DNA of 64,000 bases, taken from positions 1-64,000 of the forward strand of contig JAHPZE010000026.1 of NCBI GenBank assembly GCA_019058365.1, written 5' to 3'. Made by a program: the position numbers and the translations under genes. Source of the DNA: Promethearchaeota archaeon. GTDB taxonomy: Archaea > Asgardarchaeota > Lokiarchaeia > Sigyniarchaeales > SOKP01. The notes under the pieces are model-generated. The model was not told where the DNA came from. It saw only the letters and a program-made list of their open reading frames with translations, and searched no databases. Shown here one piece after another: positions 1-9,377 of this stretch (within the stretch, counting starts at the first letter, position 1; every line of letters begins with the position of its first letter).

Positions 1-91
1 ATAAAAATTAAAGGTGAATAAAGATTTAGTGTATGAAGGGAAATTAAAAATTATCCTTTTTTTATATAAAGGTGAAAAAATAAAACTAAGA

Positions 92-664
92 TTAAGAGAA
101 ACTTGAGATCTTAGCTATTGTATATAATTTTTTGACAAGTACTTTAAAAGCATCAGTTACCCCTTGTCCTGTCAACGCACTCGTTTTATAATATCCAATA
201 AATCTATAATTTTTCGCTAATTGTTCCACATTTATATCAGAAGTTGGTAAACCCGGATTTGAGCTTAAAGTTGCCTCATCAGCTAAATCTACTTTATTTC
301 CAAATAACACTATTGGTATATTTTCACAATGTTTTTTTAGATCTTCAAACCATCGAGGAACATGGTCATAACTTTGAATTTGTTCTGGAGCGTGAGAAAA
401 GACAATTATAGCCCCGGAACTTCCTGTATAGAATCTTTGACGTAATGCTTGGAATTGATCTTGACCAGCAATGTCCCAAAGATACAATCTAACTTTCTCT
501 CCATCAATAGATTCCTCATATTTAGAAAATTGTGTTCCTAAAGTTGCTATATACTCCTTTTGAAAAGATCCTTGAGTATATTTTTTAATTAATGAGGTCT
601 TACCAACTGTTCCATCCCCAATTATGACAACTTTGAACCCATACCCTTTTTCATCATCACTCAT
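92..664 (-). CDS. Rab/Ras-like small GTPase
   Basis: G1 GDGTVGKT, G2 YIATLG, G3 WDIAGQ, G4 NKVD, G5 TSA; no C-terminal CAAX. Confidence 0.95.
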   Translation of the reverse strand: MSDDEKGYGFKVVIIGDGTVGKTSLIKKYTQGSFQKEYIATLGTQFSKYEESIDGEKVRLYLWDIAGQDQFQALRQRFYTGSSGAIIVFSHAPEQIQSYDHVPRWFEDLKKHCENIPIVLFGNKVDLADEATLSSNPGLPTSDINVEQLAKNYRFIGYYKTSALTGQGVTDAFKVLVKKLYTIAKISSFS

Positions 665-898
665 TCTATTTGTCCATCTTTATAAGTGTAATTTCCCTTT
701 TTTATATAGTAAAAGCCAGATATTTTAAATTTTTACAATATAACAAATGCAATCTAAAAGAAGGGTATTATTCATCTTAAATTAAACCTTATACAATATC
801 ACTATATATAAAATCAATAATTAATAAGATACCTTTTCAAGATTGTTTTAGTCCTTAATTTTAAGACAGTTTTTCAATTCTTCAGCTAAGTTTCTCAT

Positions 899-1609
899 TC
901 AGAGGTTGAAAAGCTTTATTAATTGTTCAGTATTGTCTACTAAGATATCGGGATTATGCTTATTTAAAGTTTCTTTTTGAGCAAGCCCACTTGCGACACA
1001 AATCATTGTAACCTTTGCTGTCTTGCCTGCTTCGATATCAGTTGTCATATCTCCAATAAAAATCGCCTCGTTAGGTTTTAGTTTCCATTTATCGAGTATT
1101 TTAAGAATGCCTTCAGGATTAGGCTTGACTTCTGAAACATCGTTAAAACCAACTATTGTACTAAAATAATTAGAAAGATTGAATTTCTCTAGAATTTCTT
1201 CGGCATATTGACTTTTATTATTTGTTAATATAGCTAATTTCTTATGTTTCGATAATTTTGAGATTAATTTATCTATCCCTTCGTAAATGGAGGATTCAGC
1301 ATCTTTATACTTATTAAACTGGTTAAACATAAAAATAGCAATTCGTAATTTCTTGAAAAAGCTTATTCCTTCTAAGAATTTTACTTTTAATAAATCATAG
1401 GAATTAAGAAGTATTTTTGGTACAGGATAATTTTGAATTTCCTCAATTAGATGTGCAATCTCTTCCATTGCTTCATCTGGATTGACATTCACTTGATATT
1501 TATCTACTGAATCATCAACGGCTTTCTTTATTGCTTCAGAGATATTAAAAATTACACCATCCATATCGAAGATGATTCCTTTATAATTATCTAAGTTAAT
1601 TTTTTCCAT
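899..1609 (-). CDS. HAD-superfamily hydrolase (phosphoglycolate phosphatase-like)
   Basis: Motif I FDMDGV, LTNN, KPNPEG, IGDMTTDIEAG. Confidence 0.9.
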   Translation of the reverse strand: MEKINLDNYKGIIFDMDGVIFNISEAIKKAVDDSVDKYQVNVNPDEAMEEIAHLIEEIQNYPVPKILLNSYDLLKVKFLEGISFFKKLRIAIFMFNQFNKYKDAESSIYEGIDKLISKLSKHKKLAILTNNKSQYAEEILEKFNLSNYFSTIVGFNDVSEVKPNPEGILKILDKWKLKPNEAIFIGDMTTDIEAGKTAKVTMICVASGLAQKETLNKHNPDILVDNTEQLIKLFNL

Positions 1610-1712
1610 ACTAAAGTCTATTAATATTTAGAACAATTTTAATTATACGAATATCAATAATTTAATTATATAACTATTAAAAATTTTAATTATGATCTCT
1701 TTTTAGTTAAAA

Positions 1713-2603
1713 ATGAGCAAAGATCAAGAAGAAGAAAGCGAAGAATTAGGTATGGATGAAAAGGAGGTAGAAGATAATGATTTGGAAACATATCTTAGAG
1801 ATATAAAAGCACTTGAAACTGACTTTTCAGATATAGAAGATTTAGATATGGAAGAGCTTCAAGAAATCCAAGATGCAATTACGAAAGTTAAGGAAGGTGA
1901 AGAATTTCCTGAAGATGAATCAATTGGTGTAAAAAAAGCTGAAGAAGTAGAAATAATTGATGAAGTTAAAGAAGAAGAAGAAGCCAAAGAAGCTATGATT
2001 ACAGATTTTTCTGATTTGGATGAAATTGATTTTGATGAATTAAAGGAGATGCAAGAAGCTATTGAAACAGTTCAACAGGAGCAATTTGATGATTTACTTG
2101 ATCAAGGAGGTGAAGTTCAATCCACTCAAGAAGTATCTAAAGAATTGGAGGATAGAATTAAACAAGAACTATTAAAAAGAAAAGAATTAGAAGTAGAGGA
2201 AGTTATTACTCCTGAAAAGTTTTTAGATTATATTAAGGATAAACGTGAAAAAATTTGGTATCACGCTCTTTATTATTTAGTATTCAATATTGAGGACCAT
2301 ATTGCTTCCAAAGTATTACTGTATGACGTTTTAAAAGAAGTGACAAGTAAATCTGCTATTGATCCGATTCCAGAGCATCAATTTTATTTTGGATTAGGTT
2401 ATATCTTAAGATTAAATTTAAATACTAAGCAGGTTGTACGGTTTTTAAGAGATGGAACGTTTAAAATTAATGTTAATGTTGAAAATTTAAAGGAGATTCT
2501 TGAAGCGGCTGGCGAACCAATAAGTACAAAACCTATAATTGAAGAAGAAGAAAAAAAGAGAATGTTCAAGGATTTCCTTGATGAAGATTTTATGGATATC
2601 TGA
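1713..2603 (+). CDS. Hypothetical protein: very acidic N-terminal region with internal repeat, folded C-terminal domain (possibly winged helix)
   Basis: 296-aa ORF; D/E-rich with two TDFSD..D..EL.E.Q.AI copies. Confidence 0.75.
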   Translation: MSKDQEEESEELGMDEKEVEDNDLETYLRDIKALETDFSDIEDLDMEELQEIQDAITKVKEGEEFPEDESIGVKKAEEVEIIDEVKEEEEAKEAMITDFSDLDEIDFDELKEMQEAIETVQQEQFDDLLDQGGEVQSTQEVSKELEDRIKQELLKRKELEVEEVITPEKFLDYIKDKREKIWYHALYYLVFNIEDHIASKVLLYDVLKEVTSKSAIDPIPEHQFYFGLGYILRLNLNTKQVVRFLRDGTFKINVNVENLKEILEAAGEPISTKPIIEEEEKKRMFKDFLDEDFMDI

Positions 2604-2630
2604 AAATTACATAATAATTTCACTTAAAAC

Positions 2631-3278
2631 TTGTTTAATAAAATGAAGGAAAAACCCTCCTTATTAATAATTGGAAATTCAAATGTTGGAAAGACTTCTA
2701 TAACCAGATTATTAATGGCAAATCCTCGTAAATTTAAAGGTAAATCAGGGAAAAAACCGGGGAGTACTTTGTTAATAAAGCCTATTTCACAATCGAGCAT
2801 GCTTTATCAAATTATTGATTTGCCTGGTTTTGGTTATATGAAGCATCCAAGTCATCGAAGACAAGAACACATAAAGAAGCAAATAGTACTTCATATTGAA
2901 AAGCACCATAAAGATTATTTTTTTGGTTTAGTTGTAATTAACATTTTAAGGATTGAAGATGAACTGCAAAAATATTTCATTCAGAATAAGAAAACAATTC
3001 CTTTAAGTTTTGAATTAATTAACTTTCTTAAAGAGTTCAAAATTCCACTCCTAATAGTAATAAATAAAATTGATAAAGTTTCAAATATAGATAAAGACAG
3101 AATTATCTCTCTTTTTCTCAATTCGGCTGAAAAATTCGGTTTAAATATTGTTAGAATTGAAAAAAATAATCCAGAAAAGTTGAATGATATTCCATTAGTA
3201 GAATTTTCAGCATTAAAAAAGATGAATCTTGGTAAATTAAAAGAGACAATATCAAAATTTCTTAAAAATAAAAACTAG
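2631..3278 (+). CDS. engB: EngB/YihA-family GTP-binding protein (start may be ATG 2643)
   Basis: GNSNVGKT, KPGST, DLPGFG, NKID, FSA motifs. Confidence 0.85.
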   Translation: MFNKMKEKPSLLIIGNSNVGKTSITRLLMANPRKFKGKSGKKPGSTLLIKPISQSSMLYQIIDLPGFGYMKHPSHRRQEHIKKQIVLHIEKHHKDYFFGLVVINILRIEDELQKYFIQNKKTIPLSFELINFLKEFKIPLLIVINKIDKVSNIDKDRIISLFLNSAEKFGLNIVRIEKNNPEKLNDIPLVEFSALKKMNLGKLKETISKFLKNKN

Positions 3279-3321
3279 TTAAACCATACTCCTGATCCTG
3301 ATTTTTTCTTCCATTCAATAA

Positions 3322-4614
3322 TTACGGTTTAGTTATCTTTGGATCCTTTTCCTTATCCCAATTGACTGCAAATAAAAAATCTCTACTAGGTTCATTTTTA
3401 TAGATCAATGGAAATCCACTCACTTTTTCAAATTTAAGAGCTATCTTTTCTAAATAATCATACTCTGGAAAATAATCCTTCCCTTGCTTATCACTTTTTA
3501 ATCTTTCTTTTATTAATAAAGCTTTTGCTTGTAACGTAAATCCTTTTATTTCAAAAAAGTTTGGACTAACATTCTCTATAATTTTGGCATATTCATTAAT
3601 CAGTTTATCATTCAAATTAAGATCTTTAATTGCAGTTAGCCTTACAACCGATCTACAAGATAATGAATTTATTAAATCTAAACTATGCAATATATTATTC
3701 CAACCATTTCTAATCATAGGACGACAGACTTTCTTATAAATCTGGTCATTTGGAGCAGGTAATGTGATATATAACTGTGTAGGTAGGTGTTCTAACTTTT
3801 CAATCTTTTCTGGTAGTGTTCCATTAGTGACTATAAACGTAGTTATATTACGATTTTTAAATTCTTGCACAAATTCAGAAATTCTTGGATATAAAAGAGG
3901 TTCTCCATCAAGAGAAATAGCTGCATGATTGGGTATCATTGCTTCACTATGAGCTTGCATAATTTCATTAGGTGAAGTTAATTCTCTATTAATTAATACT
4001 TCTAACTCATCTCGAGAGCCAATGCAATAATTAATATCATCATCTAATCTAAAATTATTAGATGGGTCATTAGTTGATTTAATAAATTTTTGATTCTTTA
4101 GAAGTGTGAGGGCTCGTTCAATTTTATTCTTTGAAACATGAATATTATTACTAAGAGAATGTATATCATGGATTTGATGACTATTTAAAAGCATATAATA
4201 GAGGATGTCAATCATGATTTCATAATTGTCAAGGTATCGTCTCAATGGTAAATGATTAGTAATGATATCCTTATGATGTCGTAACATATCATCAATAAGT
4301 AATTTAGGGTTATCAGGTTCAACAACAAATTCACTCCCTAGTGACCCAGACTCTATATCCCTCCAACAAAAAACACATTGGTGATTACAAAATGGTAGAG
4401 AAGGGGTATTTTGCATACATCTATGGCTTTGTATTCCAAATACACCCTTATAGCAATTACGATTATTTCTTCCCGTTTCAAGTCTTTGTTCAAGCCAATG
4501 ACAAGGTTTAACAGAAGAATGTTTATTTTCTCCAACAATTCTATATGTTGTTTTTGTGTAAGCCTCAACAAACTCATTTGTGATTTTGTTATCAATGATA
4601 TATCTATCTTTCAT
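3322..4614 (-). CDS. taw1: 4-demethylwyosine synthase Taw1/TYW1 (radical SAM) with internal insertion
   Basis: HSSVKPCHW, CYKGVFGIQSHRCMQNTP, CNHQCVFCWR, AISLDGEPLLYP, VTNGT. Confidence 0.93.
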   Translation of the reverse strand: MKDRYIIDNKITNEFVEAYTKTTYRIVGENKHSSVKPCHWLEQRLETGRNNRNCYKGVFGIQSHRCMQNTPSLPFCNHQCVFCWRDIESGSLGSEFVVEPDNPKLLIDDMLRHHKDIITNHLPLRRYLDNYEIMIDILYYMLLNSHQIHDIHSLSNNIHVSKNKIERALTLLKNQKFIKSTNDPSNNFRLDDDINYCIGSRDELEVLINRELTSPNEIMQAHSEAMIPNHAAISLDGEPLLYPRISEFVQEFKNRNITTFIVTNGTLPEKIEKLEHLPTQLYITLPAPNDQIYKKVCRPMIRNGWNNILHSLDLINSLSCRSVVRLTAIKDLNLNDKLINEYAKIIENVSPNFFEIKGFTLQAKALLIKERLKSDKQGKDYFPEYDYLEKIALKFEKVSGFPLIYKNEPSRDFLFAVNWDKEKDPKITKP

Positions 4615-4791
4615 TAAAGAACCACTATGAACTCGAAATTCTCACTAGTTTATATAAATAATTGTATTTTATTAAGATATTAAATTATATTCTTTAAAAT
4701 TATAAGTACATAAATAATTAGTACGGTACTTTTAGAATATAATTAAAAATATGGTTTTAGTTTATTAGGATAAATAAAAAAACGGTTCAAA

Positions 4792-5667
4792 ATGTTAAAT
4801 AGAATGAAAAATGAGTTGTTAAATTTAGGATTAAAATTTATCAGTGTAAATGAGAAAATTGTGAGAATGCTACTAGAAACTAGCCCTTCAAATGTAAATG
4901 AAATTGTAATCCTTCCAGCTGTTAAAATTGTAATGAAAAAATTATTGAACAAACTGCAAAATAAAAGAATTTATGGAAGAATATATAACGGGGAGCTAAA
5001 TGATGTCAAAGTTAGCATTGTTCGTTCTTTGGTTGGAGCACCTAACTGCGCAATGACTGTAGAAGCATTAAGAAGGTGTAAAACCAAAATCATTATTAGA
5101 ATTGATGTATGTGGAGGAATAGAAAATGAAAATATTCCAATTAGCATCGGAGATATTATAATCCCAAAATTAGCTTTTTGTGATGAGGGGACCACGCCCC
5201 AATATATTAGAGAACATCCTTCTTTAGTTAATGAATTGGAGTCTATTTCTAATCCAATGGGAAAATTTCAAAACTTACTCACAGGGAATCAAACTATTTT
5301 TATATCTAAACCTAATGAGAAACTAAAAGAATTGTTTTTAAGCAATTGTACCGCACTTTTTCCAAATAAATTCAAGGAAACTAATTTATGGACAACTGAT
5401 GCTCTTTTTTGCGAAAGTCTAGAGTTTATAAGAGCTCTGAGCTCGATAAATATACATACTATTGATATGGAATCCTCTATATTATTTTTACTAGGAAAAA
5501 TTTACAATTTAAAAACAGTATCTCTTCTCTCTGTTTCGGATTTACCAGGGCATCCAAAGTATGATTTACTTACTTCAAATGAGATTCATCCAGATATGGA
5601 AAATGGAATTGATAATGCGATTAAATTATTAATCCAAATCCTACCTAATGTTAAGAGAGAAATTTAA
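4792..5667 (+). CDS. Nucleoside phosphorylase (PNP/UDP family)
   Basis: VGAP, RIDVCGG, DEGTT, WTTDALF, DMESS, SVSD motifs. Confidence 0.85.
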   Translation: MLNRMKNELLNLGLKFISVNEKIVRMLLETSPSNVNEIVILPAVKIVMKKLLNKLQNKRIYGRIYNGELNDVKVSIVRSLVGAPNCAMTVEALRRCKTKIIIRIDVCGGIENENIPISIGDIIIPKLAFCDEGTTPQYIREHPSLVNELESISNPMGKFQNLLTGNQTIFISKPNEKLKELFLSNCTALFPNKFKETNLWTTDALFCESLEFIRALSSINIHTIDMESSILFLLGKIYNLKTVSLLSVSDLPGHPKYDLLTSNEIHPDMENGIDNAIKLLIQILPNVKREI

Positions 5668-5693
5668 TACTATTAAAGGATACTTGAATTTAC

Positions 5694-6578
5694 TTAAAGC
5701 CCTTTTAGGAGTGATTTAAAATCAGGTTCATCAAAAAATTCATTATATAATTTAAGGAGTTCAATATTAACTAAATGAATTTTCTTATCTGACTGATTTT
5801 TAGTGGATTTTACAAGATTTAGTTTTTTTAATTTTTTTATGTGATATAAAATTGTTCCTGAATACATATCAAGAACTTCAGCTATTTTTGAGACTGTTAC
5901 TGATTCATCCTTAAATATCTGTTCTAATAACTTAGGAATCAACGGATTTAAAAAAATAATTTTGTATTTATCATAATCTTCTGGCACATCATTAAGAAAA
6001 TAGTGAAGAGATTTTCCAATTTTTTTGGATCTTATTAGTTTAAATCGCTCAAGAGTCATTACATGTTTTAAAAATGGCGTTCTGGTGATATCTAATTCCT
6101 TCTCGATCTTTTCATCTCTCGCATGAATACCTGGATTTTCTTTTATGAAATCAAGTATTTTTAACAATTTTTCATTAGTAAGAATCTCTAATTTGGTACG
6201 TCTTTCATTGGTTACAATCCAATTTTTCTCTTCTAAACTTCGAATAGCAATAAAAATTTCCTCCTTACTGTATCCTTTTCTGTATGAGAGTTTAGCGATG
6301 CATTTAGCATATAATTTTTCTATTATTGGATACTTTTGGATTTGACTTTCTGATTCAATTTCAAATTCAGTTTCGTATCGTTTTAATTTTAATATCTCCG
6401 AAGCAATATCCAATACATCTTTTTCTATTTCGTTCAGTTCATCAACAATTTCTTCTTGTTGCTCTTCTTTTATCTCTACTTCTTGTAACGGCCTAAAATC
6501 AAGACGCCTAAATGAACTATCCTGTAGATTTTCTTCTTCCTTGCTACGTTTGGGTTCTCTTCTTCTTTCAAGCGACAT
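5694..6578 (-). CDS. Tandem winged-helix transcriptional regulator (COG3398-like)
   Basis: ILDFIKENPGIH...HVMTLERFKLI...YF and VSKIAEVLDMYSGTILYHIKKLKKLNLV. Confidence 0.8.
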   Translation of the reverse strand: MSLERRREPKRSKEEENLQDSSFRRLDFRPLQEVEIKEEQQEEIVDELNEIEKDVLDIASEILKLKRYETEFEIESESQIQKYPIIEKLYAKCIAKLSYRKGYSKEEIFIAIRSLEEKNWIVTNERRTKLEILTNEKLLKILDFIKENPGIHARDEKIEKELDITRTPFLKHVMTLERFKLIRSKKIGKSLHYFLNDVPEDYDKYKIIFLNPLIPKLLEQIFKDESVTVSKIAEVLDMYSGTILYHIKKLKKLNLVKSTKNQSDKKIHLVNIELLKLYNEFFDEPDFKSLLKGL

Positions 6579-6580
6579 AA

Positions 6581-8182
6581 TTAGGCGTTTTCCTCTAAAA
6601 ATTGAACAAATTTTATTTGTTCTTCAACATCCATATATTTTAATTGTTCTACAATCTTATCATAGTGTTTAGGTTTAACATTTGGAAGTTTTCGAATTCT
6701 ATTGATTAATTTTTTGGGTATTTCTCTATAAAGGCTTACAATTGCATCAATATATTTAACCTGTTCCTCTTTTGTTAGGAAAGCAAGTTCTTCTAACAAC
6801 TCCCTCTTTTCTTTTTTCGAGACTTTTAAATCTATTATCTGTTTTCTTAAATCTTTGGATAAAAGAGCAAAGATTTTAGAGAAATATTCTTTTACCAACT
6901 TTTTATCGTTTTCATCTTTTACCGGTAAAAGAGATTCGTGCAATTTTAATTTATATTCCTCTTCTCTTTTTTCTCTTTCCTCTTTATCTAATTTTAATGG
7001 GATCTCCTCAAGTTCCTCCACCGTAATGTCTTCTACTTTTTTTGGTTTAATTTCAACTTTTTCTTCTTCAGGAATTATTGGTACTTGAGTTTTAATCGGT
7101 TTTTCTACAGGTTTTATTTCAATTTCTTTCTCTTCAGGGGTTACCATCTCTGGAGGTTCTATTTTCCTTAATATAGGCGTTGGAGGAGTCGGAGGACTTG
7201 GAATGTAATATGCTGGTCTTGTAACTGTTGATACTTCTTGGGTTTTTTCTTTTGGTTTTCCAAGAAATAAGAAAAATATCAAAACACCTTTTAGTAAGAT
7301 AAAGATCCCTGCGGCATAAAATATTATTCCAAAAATTCCTAGAAAGAAAAATTTTACCGAATCCTTAAATTCAAATTGTTGTTTTTCTTTGATTTCATTT
7401 TTTTTTTTACTATCAATAAGTAGAACTGATAAAGCAATTAATAGAAAACCGAAATAAAGTAATAGTATTGACGGAATTTCAATATTAAACGGTAAATATA
7501 ATCTCGCATTACCTATCCTGGGGATATAAATTCCATCTGAATATATTCTAAATATTCCAAATATAATTATTAAAAAACCCGCTTTTGCAGAAAAATAATT
7601 CAAAGAATTTTTTGCAAGTAAACCTAGTTCATATTTTTTAAGATCCTTATTTTTTGAATCTGTAATGACGTAGATTATAATAAAGATACCTTTAATAAGG
7701 ATTATAACTCCAAGCCCATATAAAATGCAACCTAATATGCCCCAACCAAATGAGTCAAGAAAAATCTCGTTATATTTTTTCTCCTTTATTTTATGAGAAA
7801 TATATACTCTATCGTATAGTAAGAGAAATAAACCCATCAAACCTTGTGAAATTCGTTCAAATAAAAGTCCAGTATCCCAAAAAACAGCAATTTCCGCAAT
7901 TAATCCAAAAGAAACAAAAGTAAAAATAAATAGTGGAATAAAAGATATTTTATTTAAAAAAAGTATAAGATTCTCTAAACTGGATGATTTTTTTTCTGGT
8001 AATAAGTGATATGGTTTTTTCTTCCTCATATATGGAGTTGGAGCTGGTTTGAATACGACCCCTTCCAAAATAAAGGGAGATCCACATCTTTCGCAATAAA
8101 CTTGAAGATTGCTTTCAATTAAGTGAGAAAGTTCATCAGGAAATGCATACCCACATTCCCTACAAACATAAACCTTTGACAT
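6581..8182 (-). CDS. Multi-pass membrane protein with N-terminal Zn ribbon, Pro-rich linker and C-terminal helical repeat
   Basis: CRECG...CERCG; several hydrophobic segments; PSPPTPPTP; stop 2 bp before the start of the next gene. Confidence 0.8.
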   Translation of the reverse strand: MSKVYVCRECGYAFPDELSHLIESNLQVYCERCGSPFILEGVVFKPAPTPYMRKKKPYHLLPEKKSSSLENLILFLNKISFIPLFIFTFVSFGLIAEIAVFWDTGLLFERISQGLMGLFLLLYDRVYISHKIKEKKYNEIFLDSFGWGILGCILYGLGVIILIKGIFIIIYVITDSKNKDLKKYELGLLAKNSLNYFSAKAGFLIIIFGIFRIYSDGIYIPRIGNARLYLPFNIEIPSILLLYFGFLLIALSVLLIDSKKKNEIKEKQQFEFKDSVKFFFLGIFGIIFYAAGIFILLKGVLIFFLFLGKPKEKTQEVSTVTRPAYYIPSPPTPPTPILRKIEPPEMVTPEEKEIEIKPVEKPIKTQVPIIPEEEKVEIKPKKVEDITVEELEEIPLKLDKEEREKREEEYKLKLHESLLPVKDENDKKLVKEYFSKIFALLSKDLRKQIIDLKVSKKEKRELLEELAFLTKEEQVKYIDAIVSLYREIPKKLINRIRKLPNVKPKHYDKIVEQLKYMDVEEQIKFVQFLEENA

Positions 8183-8261
8183 ATACTTTTACGACACCTT
8201 TATAATTATATTCTTGATTGTTTACTTTAATTTTTTTTGTTTAAAATAATATTGAAACTAT

Positions 8262-8746
8262 TTAATGAGAGACAGTTAGAGTCCTAAGGGCGTTATTTAG
8301 AGTAAGAAGTTCCCCACAATTCTCACAAAAAGTCATTCCATTCTTTTCAAAATGTATTTTCATTTTTTCAGAGATCTTTCTCCCACATTCACTACAATAT
8401 TCTAAAATGTAAATATTACTGTTAATCATATTATTCTGAATATTTAGATTTTTAACTTTTAGTTTGGAGGATTTTCGCTTACCCGAAACCAGGAAATAGA
8501 ACCCTTCAAATAATTTATAAAACCCATAACCGATATATTTAAGAAGATAGTATATTCCCTTAAAAATATAATACACTAAATATGCTATTCCTTTAATGGT
8601 ATAATATACAAGAGTTATAGCTAATATAAAAAGTGTAATTAATCCAATTAAAGTCAATACTTGTCCATATATAGGTTGTTCAACGAACCAATCAACAAAT
8701 ACATTATACCAGAAACCAATAGTATCAAAAAAAGTCTCCCAATCCA
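8262..8746 (-). CDS. Membrane protein with C-terminal Zn ribbon (start placed at TTG 8746)
   Basis: GGTGA SD 7 nt upstream of TTG-GAT-TGG; TM helix; CSECG...CENCG. Confidence 0.7.
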
Positions 8747-8851
8747 ATTTTAATTCACCAATTTTATTTATTTTTTTTCTATTAAAGAGAAGGTTAAAAT
8801 TGATTTTAAAAAAAATGGAGTCCAATTTTTAAAATAGTGGAAAATGAAATA

Positions 8852-9352
8852 TTAAAAAACAATTTTTTTCCAATCTAAAGCTTGAACTGTTTTTTTAAGG
8901 GAGTGATTATCATCTACTATATTATATACTAGATTTCTGAATATTTTTTCAGCGAGAACTCTAGATAGTTTAAATGAGACAATTGTATCTTGATTACCAT
9001 GGAAAACTATAACTGGGATATCTATAGGAGAATACTTTTTAGGATTTAGTTCCTGGGTTGACAAATAAGGTGCGAGTAGAATCAATTTAGATACTTTAGA
9101 AGGATTTTCGAGAGAAAAAATACTCGCAATCAAAGCTCCGAAACTAGAACCAATAATGATCCAATGTGCTTTATCCTTCACAATTGGAATTAATTGTTCC
9201 ATGCGTGCTTTTAATAAACTTCTAATTGAATATTTTGCAGAAAATGGTGTAAAACTCGGAGTTAAACAACCGGGTAATGTTTTCCTTAATAATTGCCCTT
9301 TAAATCCATCACCAGAGCTTTCAAGTCCATGAATAAAAATTATATTTGGCAT
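8852..9352 (-). CDS. Alpha/beta hydrolase (YqiA-like esterase); start ATG 9352
   Basis: FIHGLESS, GSSFG nucleophile elbow, HGNQDTIV, DNH. Confidence 0.88.
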   Translation of the reverse strand: MPNIIFIHGLESSGDGFKGQLLRKTLPGCLTPSFTPFSAKYSIRSLLKARMEQLIPIVKDKAHWIIIGSSFGALIASIFSLENPSKVSKLILLAPYLSTQELNPKKYSPIDIPVIVFHGNQDTIVSFKLSRVLAEKIFRNLVYNIVDDNHSLKKTVQALDWKKIVF

Positions 9353-9377
9353 GTTTTTGTAATTCTTTTCTATTGTT

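Noticed and set aside
3960-4250. Possible intein in Taw1
   Set aside because: No N-terminal C/S block, no HN-C/S/T terminus, no LAGLIDADG motif; treated as a domain insertion
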